Shown here: positions 45,805-54,510 of the stretch, piece by piece | Layout of the letters: each line of letters opens with the position of its first letter | How positions within the stretch are numbered: position 1 is the stretch's first letter | Assembly: GCA_964235815.1 (NCBI GenBank) | Contig: CAXSCF010000001.1 | Span: 26,313-90,312, forward strand | Direction of reading: 5' to 3' | Source of the DNA: an uncultured Sphingomicrobium sp. | GTDB taxonomy: Bacteria > Pseudomonadota > Alphaproteobacteria > Sphingomonadales > Sphingomonadaceae | Length of the DNA: 64,000 bases | Program-made: the position numbers and the translations under genes | Notes under the pieces: generated by a model | What the model saw: only the letters and a program-made list of their open reading frames with translations | Databases searched by the model: none | What the model was told of the DNA's origin: nothing

Positions 45805-46182
45805 TCAATGCACATCCGTTGCTTTAAGCCAAAAATCGAATGCCTTCGTCTGCAATTTAACAACGAATTGCGCAGCCGCCACGCCTTCCCATGGCCCGCA
45901 ATAGCCATGCTCGACCGGACCGCCGCCGACCCACCAGCCTTGCCCGGGCAGCCCGTCCGCCTGGCGCACGACAAGCACCGCCAGTTCGGGCTCGCCGTGC
46001 GCCGCCGCCTGAGCGTCGATCGCGCTCAGCGTCTTGCACAACGCGCGCATCTTGGGCCGCGAAAAGCCGTGGCCAAGCTGGGCCAGCAATTCCGAATAGC
46101 TCAGCGGATGTCCGGCAGTCGCGGCGGCGACTAGCAAGGCGCGCACCGCGACCCGGTCCGAAATGCCCGCCGCCGCCGGCAT
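45805..46182 (-). CDS. Hypothetical protein (125 aa)
   Basis: The internal ATG (MPAAAGISDRV) overlaps the upstream stop (TGATG). No family recognised. Confidence 0.45.
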   Translation of the reverse strand: MPAAAGISDRVAVRALLVAAATAGHPLSYSELLAQLGHGFSRPKMRALCKTLSAIDAQAAAHGEPELAVLVVRQADGLPGQGWWVGGGPVEHGYCGPWEGVAAAQFVVKLQTKAFDFWLKATDVH

Positions 46183-46856
46183 CAGCCCTTGGGTTGTTCG
46201 GCGACCGGGGTCAGTTCGAACACCTGCAATTTGGTCCCGTCCTGCGGGAACGGAATGACCAGTCGCCACACGAATGGCGCGATGCGCTCGAACGCACCGG
46301 CAACGTCGCGGCGCGGATCGTCGCCATAAGCGCGGGCCTCATCCTCGCTGCCGAGCGCAAGGCTGCCAAGGAAGATGAGCCGGGTCGCAACGTCGTCTTC
46401 CCATAACCGGCCCGCGGGGCGCTGGCTGCCCGTCTGCTTGACGATCGTGAACTGATCGCCTTCGAGATTGATGTAGCAGAAGAACGGCTTGAATTTCTCG
46501 AACGCGGGGCCGCGCTTGGTCGATCGGCCCAGTGAGACCACGCTGCAGCGGTAGGATCCCGGGGTTGGCGCGGGCCGGGCCAGCGCGCCGCCACTGACCA
46601 GCAATCTGCCTTGGCTCTTGATCTCGTCGCCGAAACCGCGGTTCCGGGCTTCGGCGAGCCCCGTCTGCCACGCCTCGGCGGTGCGCCCGATCCGCGCACG
46701 GTCGGCGGCGCTCGCCACCGCCATCCACGCATCGCTTCGCAACACGACCGCGGTGACTGGAGGAACCGCCGGCGGCTCCTGTGTCTTGCGAGTGATGCAG
46801 CCACTCACCGCCAGCGCGCCGCTGATCATGATCATGGTGCGCAAACCGACTCTCAT
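46182..46856 (-). CDS. Lipoprotein, possibly DUF4893 family
   Basis: Lipobox ALAVSGC. The family name comes from memory of similar sphingomonad proteins and is uncertain. Confidence 0.55.
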   Translation of the reverse strand: MRVGLRTMIMISGALAVSGCITRKTQEPPAVPPVTAVVLRSDAWMAVASAADRARIGRTAEAWQTGLAEARNRGFGDEIKSQGRLLVSGGALARPAPTPGSYRCSVVSLGRSTKRGPAFEKFKPFFCYINLEGDQFTIVKQTGSQRPAGRLWEDDVATRLIFLGSLALGSEDEARAYGDDPRRDVAGAFERIAPFVWRLVIPFPQDGTKLQVFELTPVAEQPKG

Positions 46857-46970
46857 AGACGTGCCCTCATTTGCCAGCAGCTATCACATGGCCCTCGTAT
46901 CAACGCGCGCTAGGCAATCGCGGGTTCCGCCGCAATTGACTTGTTCGATTTCGGGATTAGCGCCGCCCGC

Positions 46971-47882
46971 ATGAACGCTCCCCGGCCGATCGTACATCCT
47001 GACCGGAAACGCGCACGCATCGGCTTGTTGTGCGGATTGGCGGCTTATGCCGCGTGGGGGGTGCTGCCGATCTATTTCAAGGCGCTGGGCGATATCGCGC
47101 CGACGCTGATCGTGGCCCACCGAATCGTCTGGTCGCTGATCGCGCTCGCGGCGCTCGTCACGCTGGTCGGGGGTTGGCCCAGGGTGCGTAATGCAGCGCG
47201 ACGGCCGCGCCTGCTTGCCGCGCTGGCGCTGAGCGCGACGCTCGTTGCGATCAATTGGCTGTTTTATGTTTACGCCATCAATTCGGGACACATACTCGCC
47301 GGCAGCCTAAGTTATTATCTCAATCCCTTGGCCAATATCCTTCTCGGGCGCTTTTTCCTCGCCGAGCGCCTGTCGGCGCGACAGTGGACCGCGGTGGCGA
47401 TCGCCGCCGCCGGGGTGGCGGTGCTTGCGGTTGGGGCGCTCGACACGTTGTGGATCAGCCTCACCTTATGCTTCAGCTTCGCCACTTACGGGCTGATCCG
47501 CAAGCGACTGGCGGTCGATTCGATCAGCGGCCTGATGATCGAAACCGTGCTTCTGGCGCCGTTCGCCGCGGCCTATTTGTGGCTCGAGGCGCGCCACGGG
47601 GTGGCAATCTTCGGTCACGGGCGCGGCGATCTCGCGCTGCTGCTCGCCGTTGGCCTTATCTCGACGACGCCCTTGCTGTTGTTCACCGAGGCGGCGCGGC
47701 GCTTGCCTTATGCCACCGTTGGGATGCTCCAGTTCATCGCCCCGACGGTCCAGTTCCTGCTCGCGGTTTTGGCCTATGGGGAGCCGGTGACCCGCGCCCA
47801 TGCGGTCGCCTTTGCCGCGATCTGGGCCGCGGTTGCGCTCTATTCATCGGGCATGATCGCCCAGCGCCGCGTCAAAAGCTGA
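46971..47882 (+). CDS. rarD: EamA-family transporter RarD
   Basis: GLLCGLAAYAAWGVLPIYFKAL... and a 10-TM DMT pattern. The start is at the internal ATG. Confidence 0.8.
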   Translation: MNAPRPIVHPDRKRARIGLLCGLAAYAAWGVLPIYFKALGDIAPTLIVAHRIVWSLIALAALVTLVGGWPRVRNAARRPRLLAALALSATLVAINWLFYVYAINSGHILAGSLSYYLNPLANILLGRFFLAERLSARQWTAVAIAAAGVAVLAVGALDTLWISLTLCFSFATYGLIRKRLAVDSISGLMIETVLLAPFAAAYLWLEARHGVAIFGHGRGDLALLLAVGLISTTPLLLFTEAARRLPYATVGMLQFIAPTVQFLLAVLAYGEPVTRAHAVAFAAIWAAVALYSSGMIAQRRVKS

Positions 47883-49452
47883 GCGGCACCACTTCGCGCA
47901 CGCCCTCAAGTCGGCATAAGGACTTCACCACCGCAGGCGCGACCTCGCCATCGACCGCGACCAGCGCGACCGCTTCTCCTCCGGCCGCACGGCGCCCAAG
48001 GTTGAAAGTCGCGATGTTGATTCCTGCCTCGCCGAGCGCGGTGCCGAGCTTGCCGATGAACCCGGGGGCATCGGTGTTAACGAGGTAGATCATGCTCCCC
48101 TCAAGCTCGGCCTCGACCTCGACCCCGAAGATATCGACCAGCCGAGCGGCTTTGTTGCCGAACAAGGTTCCTGCGACGCAGCGCTCGCCCGCCTTCGTGC
48201 CGACCGTAACGCGCAGCAAGGTATGATAATCGCCTTCGCGGTCGTGACGGATTTCGGTCACGTTGAGTCCGCGTTCCCTGGCGAGGGTCGGCGCGTTAAC
48301 CATGTTGACGGTCTGCGAATAGGTTCCCATCAGCCCCGCCAGCACCGCCCCGGTGATCGGTTTCTGGTTGAGCTGCGCGGCCGCCCCCTCGACCTCGACC
48401 GCGATCGAGCGGACGTCTTCGCCGACGATCTGGCCGATCAGGCGCCCAAGCTTTTCGGCGAGCGCCATATAGGGCTTGAGCCGCGGCGCTTCTTCGGCGG
48501 TCAGGCTCGGCATATTGATGGCGTTCGTGACCCCGCCGAGCAACAGGAAGTCGCTCATCTGCTCGGCCACCTGGATCGCGACATTGACCTGCGCTTCGCT
48601 GGTCGACGCGCCGAGGTGAGGGGTCGAGATGAAGTTGGCCGTCCCGAACAAGGGCGACGCCGTGGCCGGTTCGCTCTCGAATACGTCCAGTGCCGCGCCC
48701 CCGACCTGTCCGCTGTCGAGCGCGTCCTTCAATGCCGCCTCGTCGATCAGCCCGCCGCGCGCGCAATTGATGATTCGCACCCCGGGCCTGGCCTTGGCCA
48801 GCGCCGCGCGGCTGAGGAGGCCGCGGGTCTGATCGGTCAGCGGGGTGTGGAGCGTGATGAAGTCGGCGCGGGCGAGCAACGAGTCGAAGTCAGCCTTTTC
48901 GACCCCCATCTCGATCGCGCGTTCCGGCGTCAGGAAGGGGTCGAACGCAACCACCTTCATCTTGAGGCCCAGCGCTCGCGCGGCCACGATCGAACCGATG
49001 TTGCCCGCCCCGATCAGGCCGAGTGTCTTGCCGGTCACCTCGACCCCCATGAAGCGGTTCTTTTCCCACTTGCCCGCCTGGGTCGAGGCGTCGGCCTCTG
49101 GCAATTGGCGCGCGAGCGCGAACATCAGGGCAATGGCATGTTCCGCGGTGGTAATCGAATTGCCGAACGGAGTGTTCATCACCACCACCCCACGTTGCAT
49201 CGCCGCGGCAAGATCGACGTTATCGACCCCGATCCCGGCGCGCCCGACGACCTTCAGCCGGGCGGCGCTCTCGAGCAATTTCGCCGTGACCTTGGTCGAG
49301 GATCGGATCGCGAGCCCGTCATAATCGCCGATCATCGCGGCAAGCTCGTCGAGGCTCTGGCCAGTGATCTCGTCGACCTCGATCCCGCGCTCGCGGAAAA
49401 TGGCTGCAGCGCGCGGGTCCATTGCGTCGGAAATCAGCACTTTCACGGTCAT
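47872..49452 (-). CDS. serA: D-3-phosphoglycerate dehydrogenase SerA (long form with ACT domain)
   Basis: MTVKVLISD..., GLIGAGNIGS NAD motif, 526 aa. ATGA overlap with the serC stop. Confidence 0.9.
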   Translation of the reverse strand: MTVKVLISDAMDPRAAAIFRERGIEVDEITGQSLDELAAMIGDYDGLAIRSSTKVTAKLLESAARLKVVGRAGIGVDNVDLAAAMQRGVVVMNTPFGNSITTAEHAIALMFALARQLPEADASTQAGKWEKNRFMGVEVTGKTLGLIGAGNIGSIVAARALGLKMKVVAFDPFLTPERAIEMGVEKADFDSLLARADFITLHTPLTDQTRGLLSRAALAKARPGVRIINCARGGLIDEAALKDALDSGQVGGAALDVFESEPATASPLFGTANFISTPHLGASTSEAQVNVAIQVAEQMSDFLLLGGVTNAINMPSLTAEEAPRLKPYMALAEKLGRLIGQIVGEDVRSIAVEVEGAAAQLNQKPITGAVLAGLMGTYSQTVNMVNAPTLARERGLNVTEIRHDREGDYHTLLRVTVGTKAGERCVAGTLFGNKAARLVDIFGVEVEAELEGSMIYLVNTDAPGFIGKLGTALGEAGINIATFNLGRRAAGGEAVALVAVDGEVAPAVVKSLCRLEGVREVVPLSF

Positions 49453-50591
49453 CTTGTCTGTTCCCACGCATAATCGAGCCAAGCGCCGAGCGCCTCGATG
49501 TCGGCCGTCTCGACCGTCGCCCCGCACCAGATGCGCAGGCCGGGCGGGGCGTCGCGATGACCGGTGATGTCATAAGCGACATCCTCATGCTCGAGCAGCC
49601 GCGCGATCGCCTTGATCCGCGCCTCGTCGGCGCCGTCGAGCGTCAGGCACACGCTGGTCGTCGAGCGCGTGGCAGGGTCGCGCGCGAGATGGCCCAGCCA
49701 CGGCCGCGCGACGACGATCCGGTCGAGCGCCGCGGCATTGGCCGCGCTGCGAGCGATCATCACCTCCAGCCCGCCCAGTCCAAGCGCCCATTCGAGCGCG
49801 AAGATGGCGTCCTCGACCGCCAGCATCGACGGCGTGTTGATCGTCTCGCCGGTAAAGATGCCTTCGCTCAGCTGGCCTTTCGACACCAGCCGGAACAGCT
49901 TGGGCAAGGGGCGGTCGGGGACGAAGCTCTCCAGCCGGTCGACCGCGCGCGGCCCCAGGATCAGCACCCCGTGGCCGCCTTCGCCGCCAAGCACTTTTTG
50001 CCAGCTGAACGTGGCGACGTCGATTTTCGGCCAGTCGATCGGATAAGCGAAGACCGCACTCGTCGCATCGGCCAAGCTCAGCCCCGCGCGACCCGCCGGA
50101 ATCCATTCGGCGTCGGGCACCCGGACACCCGACGTCGTGCCGTTCCAGGTGAACAGCACGTCGGTCGACCAATCAACCGCAGCCAGGTCGGGAAGCGCAC
50201 CATAATCGGCGCGTATCACGGTCGGGTCGAGCTTCAATTGCTTGACCGCGTCGGTCACCCAGCCTTCGCCGAAACTTTCCCACGCCAGCGTCGTCACCCC
50301 GCGCGCGCCGAGCATCGTCCACATCGCCATTTCGAACGCACCGGTGTCCGACCCGGGGACGATGCCGATGCGGTGCGTGTCGGGCAATTTCAGCAGCCGA
50401 CGCATGAGGCCGATGCAATGCTTGAGCCGCTGCTTGCCGAGCCCGCTGCGATGCGACCGGCCGAGCACCCGCAAATCGAGTTGTTCGGGGGTCCAGCTTG
50501 GCGGCTTGGCGCACGGGCCGGAAGAGAAATAGGGTCGCCTCGGGCGATTTTCGGGCTTGGCGCGGGGCGCCAGCGGCGGTGGCGTCGTCAT
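49449..50591 (-). CDS. serC: Phosphoserine aminotransferase (alphaproteobacterial SerC type)
   Basis: RPYFSSGPCAKPPSW... with AAGGAGAG before the internal ATG at 50591. Confidence 0.85.
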   Translation of the reverse strand: MTTPPPLAPRAKPENRPRRPYFSSGPCAKPPSWTPEQLDLRVLGRSHRSGLGKQRLKHCIGLMRRLLKLPDTHRIGIVPGSDTGAFEMAMWTMLGARGVTTLAWESFGEGWVTDAVKQLKLDPTVIRADYGALPDLAAVDWSTDVLFTWNGTTSGVRVPDAEWIPAGRAGLSLADATSAVFAYPIDWPKIDVATFSWQKVLGGEGGHGVLILGPRAVDRLESFVPDRPLPKLFRLVSKGQLSEGIFTGETINTPSMLAVEDAIFALEWALGLGGLEVMIARSAANAAALDRIVVARPWLGHLARDPATRSTTSVCLTLDGADEARIKAIARLLEHEDVAYDITGHRDAPPGLRIWCGATVETADIEALGAWLDYAWEQTR

Positions 50592-50995
50592 GCTTTCTCT
50601 CCTTACAGAGAGCACGCGCCGCGTTGGGACGGCGTGGCCCGTCGCCTTTGTGGGCGCCTAAGCAAGCTCGCGCAACCCATCTTTCGCAGGTGCAGCAAAG
50701 GGGGAATCACGCCTGTTCGTTTTGAGCATGTGTGTCCGCGACATCTCCGCGACATCCTTTTTGCTTAACCTGAATCAAGTCAAAAACTCGTTTCATCCCG
50801 GGCAACGGACGGTTCATCCTTGCTTGCGGAACTACTGGTTGAAAGCCTTAACCAAATCCCGCCAAGTCTCCTGGTCCGAACAGTGATGGGCAAATCACTG
50901 ATCGAACAGCGCGGGGGCTGGGGAGCTCCACGACTGACGAAGTTGCCGACGTCGCGATCATCGCGGCGATCGGGATTTTGGGAGCGTGTTGAGGA

Positions 50996-52042
50996 ATGAA
51001 ACACTTGGTCAACGCGAAGGGATGCGTCATCCGCAGCCGTGATATCTTCTTGCACGATGGGCAGCACCTGCGCCGCGTGCGTCTTTCGGTCGGGCTGCAG
51101 GCGCTGGTCGCCGCGTTGATCGTCGCCCTCATCGCCTGGTCGGGTTTTGCCACCGCGCGAATCATCAGCGGTCCGCGCGGCGATCTCGCCACCCTCGCCG
51201 CCGCCACCGAATTGCGCGCCCGTCAGATCGAACAACGCCAGGACCTTCTCGCCAAGATGCTCTCGGGCCAGGATGTCGGTGCGCTCCCCGCCACGACGCG
51301 AATCAGCTCGCTCCCCGCAGAACTCGCTGCCCCGCTCGCCCGTGCCGACCGCGCGATGGTCGCTCAGGCGCTCGCCACTGCGCATGAATTCGACGCCCGT
51401 TATGCCCGTACCGCGGACGCGCTGCGCCAACGCGGCATCAATCCGGGTCGGGTCCTTGCGGAGGGTGGTCCCTACGAGCCGGTGACCGGCGGCGACGCGA
51501 CCTTCAAGCAATTGTTTACCAGCTGGAAAAAGCTCGACAACATCGCCGACGGTGCGATCGCGGTGCCGTCCGACAAGCCGGTGCGGATTGCCGCCTTCAC
51601 CTCGGGCTATGGCGTCCGCTCCGATCCGTTCAAGGGCCGCGCCGCGATGCACGCCGGGATCGATCTGGCGGGGCCGATCGGCACGCCCATCTATGCCACC
51701 GCCGACGGCACCATCACCGATGCGGGGTTTAACAACGGCGGCTACGGCAATCTCGTCAAGATCGACCACGGCCGCGGGATCGAGACCCGCTACGGTCACA
51801 TGTCGGCGATCCTCGTTCACGCCGGGCAGCATGTTGTCCGCGGTCAGCAGATCGGTCGCATGGGTTCGACCGGCCGCTCGACCGGCAGCCACCTCCATTA
51901 TGAAGTCCGCATCGACACCCGCGCCGTCAACCCGATCCCGTTCATGAAATCGAGCGATTATCTGTTCGCCATGCAGCGCAAGAGCTTCGGGACGCATTCG
52001 ATGGATGGTGCCGTCGCGCTCGGCGGTCCCGACAAGCGCTAG
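50996..52042 (+). CDS. M23 family metallopeptidase
   Basis: HAGIDLAGPIGTPIYATADG...GYGNLVKIDHG...GSTGRSTGSHLHYEV. Confidence 0.9.
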   Translation: MKHLVNAKGCVIRSRDIFLHDGQHLRRVRLSVGLQALVAALIVALIAWSGFATARIISGPRGDLATLAAATELRARQIEQRQDLLAKMLSGQDVGALPATTRISSLPAELAAPLARADRAMVAQALATAHEFDARYARTADALRQRGINPGRVLAEGGPYEPVTGGDATFKQLFTSWKKLDNIADGAIAVPSDKPVRIAAFTSGYGVRSDPFKGRAAMHAGIDLAGPIGTPIYATADGTITDAGFNNGGYGNLVKIDHGRGIETRYGHMSAILVHAGQHVVRGQQIGRMGSTGRSTGSHLHYEVRIDTRAVNPIPFMKSSDYLFAMQRKSFGTHSMDGAVALGGPDKR

Positions 52043-52079
52043 GCTTGTTGTTGGTCCCCTTCGCGCCTATCTCGCAAGC

Positions 52080-52403
52080 GTGACCGGCCTCTCCCTCACC
52101 CCCAGCGCCGCCCGGCGCGTCGCGTTCATCGCCGACCGCCAGGGCAAGCCCGCGATCCTCCGCCTGTCGGTCGATGGCGGTGGTTGCGCCGGTTTTTCCT
52201 ACAAGTTTGAAATGGGTGTCATCGCCGAAGACGACGCGCAGGTCGACACCGACGGCGTGACTTTGGTGGTCGATCCGGTCAGCCTCGATTTGCTCGACGG
52301 CTCGGCGGTCGATTATGTCGAGGGCCTCGGAGGCTCGGCGTTCAAGGTCACCAACCCCAACGCCGCCTCAGGCTGCGGCTGCGGCTCGAGCTTTTCGGTC
52401 TAG
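52080..52403 (+). CDS. HesB/IscA family iron-sulfur cluster insertion protein (ErpA-like)
   Basis: LRLSVDGGGCAGFSYKF...NPNAASGCGCGSSF. GTG start at 52080, 107 aa. Confidence 0.85.
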   Translation: MTGLSLTPSAARRVAFIADRQGKPAILRLSVDGGGCAGFSYKFEMGVIAEDDAQVDTDGVTLVVDPVSLDLLDGSAVDYVEGLGGSAFKVTNPNAASGCGCGSSFSV

Positions 52404-52436
52404 CCCCTCGGGACTTGCTCCGCGTAGGAGTGGGTC

Positions 52437-53210
52437 ATGAAACTGGTCACCTTCAACATCAACGGGATCCGCGCGCGCATGCCGCGGCTGACCGAGTATC
52501 TGGCGCGCGAACGGCCCGACGTGGTCTGCCTCCAGGAACTCAAATGCGCCGACGAGGCGCTCCCCGTCGGCGACATCGAGGCGGCGGGCTATCGCGCGGT
52601 GTGGCATGGGCAGAAGGGCTTCAACGGAGTCGCCATCCTCGCCCGCGACCATGCCCCCGTGCTGCGCCAGGTCGGGCTGCCGGGCGAACCCGACGACAGC
52701 CACAGCCGCTATATCGAGGCCGAGGTCGACGGGCTGATCGTCGCCTCAATCTATCTACCCAACGGGAACCCCATCGGCACCGATAAATTCACCTATAAAT
52801 TGCGTTGGATGGAACGGCTCGCGGCTCGCGCGGCGGATTTGCTTGCCGAGGAACGCCCGGTGGTGCTGGCGGGAGACTTCAATGTCATTCCCGAGGACCG
52901 CGATACTTTTTCGGTCCGCGCCATGGCGCACGACGCCCTGATGCAGACCGAAAGCCAGGCGGCGTTTCGCACGCTCGTCAACCACGGCTGGACCGATGCC
53001 CTGCGCGCGCTCAACCCCACCGAGCCGCGTTTGTACACCTTCTGGGATTATCAGGCCGGCGCTCTCGCCCGCGACGCCGGGTTCCGCATCGACCATTTGC
53101 TGTGCAGTCCGCAAGCCGCCGACCGCCTGCGCGGCGCCGGCGTCGACAAATGGGCCCGCGCCGAGGACAAAGCCAGCGACCACGCGCCGACGTGGGTCGA
53201 GCTGGCCTAG
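52437..53210 (+). CDS. xthA: Exodeoxyribonuclease III
   Basis: MKLVTFNINGIRAR...CLQELK...SDHAP, with AGGAG before the ATG. Confidence 0.9.
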   Translation: MKLVTFNINGIRARMPRLTEYLARERPDVVCLQELKCADEALPVGDIEAAGYRAVWHGQKGFNGVAILARDHAPVLRQVGLPGEPDDSHSRYIEAEVDGLIVASIYLPNGNPIGTDKFTYKLRWMERLAARAADLLAEERPVVLAGDFNVIPEDRDTFSVRAMAHDALMQTESQAAFRTLVNHGWTDALRALNPTEPRLYTFWDYQAGALARDAGFRIDHLLCSPQAADRLRGAGVDKWARAEDKASDHAPTWVELA

Positions 53211-53215
53211 AGTTC

Positions 53216-53323
53216 CTCCCCCTGCGCTTGCAGGGGGAGGGGGACCATGCGCAGCACGGTGGAGGGGTAACCGGTGCCGCACCTAAGCTACCCCTCCACC
53301 ATCCTGCGGACGGTCCCCCTCCC
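53216..53323. repeat. Composite palindromic element: a 10-bp-stem hairpin plus two inverted ~35-nt GC-rich repeat units
   Basis: CTCCCCCTGC-GCTT-GCAGGGGGAG (53216-53239). GGGGGAGGGGGACCATGCGCAGCACGGTGGAGGGGTA (53233-53269) against the reverse complement of TACCCCTCCACCATCCTGCGGACGGTCCCCCTCCC (53289-53323). Confidence 0.7.
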
Positions 53324-53345
53324 GAAGCGAAGGCTTGGGAAGGGA

Positions 53346-54488
53346 CTAAGCGAGCGCTTTCTCGTACACCCGATACCGATGATTGATCACCGCGCCGGGC
53401 AATTCGGCGATCGACATCATCCCCTGATTGTCCTCGAGCACCCACCCGAACTCGCCCTGTTTGACGCCATAATTCTCGACACACGCGCGGCGGATATATT
53501 CGATCAATGTGTAGGCGATCTGCCCCCCAAGCCGAGTCCCGTGAAGTCGCTTGGTTACCCCCATCAGCGGGACGCGCACCCGGCTCACCTTGGGCTTGCG
53601 CAGGCGCCACAGCAATTTGACGAACCCGAAAGGGAACAGCTCACCGTCCAGATCGCGGATCATCTCGTTGATGTCGGGGATGGTCAGCATGAAGCCAACC
53701 GGCTCGCCGTCGAGCTCGGCGATCCGCACCAGGTCTTCGAAGATGATCGGCTTCAACTTCTTGCCGGCATAAGCGATTTCGGCGTCGGTCAAGGGCACGA
53801 ATCCCCAATTGTCCGACCAGGCATCGTTGAGCAGATTGAGGATGATTCCCGAATCGCGCGCAAACTTCGCCTTGTCGACGGTACGAATGCGGATCCGCGG
53901 ATTGCGCTCGGTCGCGGCGACCATGCGATTGATCAGCTCGGGCTGGTCCTTGGCGATGTCGAGGTCGTAGGTGACGAGGTCCTTGGCCTTGGCATAGCCC
54001 GCCGCCTCGATCCACGCCCGATAGGCCGGGCGATGATGCCCCATCATCGCCGTCGGGGGCTGGTCGAAGCCCTCGATCAGCAGCCCCGGCTCGTCCCAGA
54101 TCGAGATCGAGATCGGCCCCATCGCGGTGCTCATCCGTTGGTCGCGAAGCCATCCCTCGGCGGCCGCGATTAGGGCGGCTGCGGCCTCGGCGTCGAGCGC
54201 TTCGAACAGGCCCCATTGGCCAAGGCCCGTTTGCATGTATTCCTGCACCAGCGAGTCGACCTGGGCGCTGATCCGGCCGACGATGCGCCCGTCGCGCTCG
54301 GCAACGAACAGCGCCGCGCGGCCATGGCCGAACCACGGGTTCTTCTTGGGGTCGATCAGCCCGTGGACCTCGTCCTTGAGCGGGGGAACCCACATCGGGT
54401 CGTCCTTGTATACGTGCCAGGCAAAGTCGACGAAGGCGCGGCGCTCGGCTTTGGTCGTGACGGGGCGGATCGTAAGGCTGCGGTTCAT
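53346..54488 (-). CDS. GNAT-like acyltransferase family protein (380 aa)
   Basis: LTIRPVTTKAERRAFVDFAWHVYKDDPMWVPPLKDEV...LFVAERDGRIVGRISAQVD, a family usually annotated as N-acetyltransferase. The function is unproven. Confidence 0.6.
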   Translation of the reverse strand: MNRSLTIRPVTTKAERRAFVDFAWHVYKDDPMWVPPLKDEVHGLIDPKKNPWFGHGRAALFVAERDGRIVGRISAQVDSLVQEYMQTGLGQWGLFEALDAEAAAALIAAAEGWLRDQRMSTAMGPISISIWDEPGLLIEGFDQPPTAMMGHHRPAYRAWIEAAGYAKAKDLVTYDLDIAKDQPELINRMVAATERNPRIRIRTVDKAKFARDSGIILNLLNDAWSDNWGFVPLTDAEIAYAGKKLKPIIFEDLVRIAELDGEPVGFMLTIPDINEMIRDLDGELFPFGFVKLLWRLRKPKVSRVRVPLMGVTKRLHGTRLGGQIAYTLIEYIRRACVENYGVKQGEFGWVLEDNQGMMSIAELPGAVINHRYRVYEKALA

Positions 54489-54510
54489 GCGTCATGGGCT
54501 AGCGAGATAG

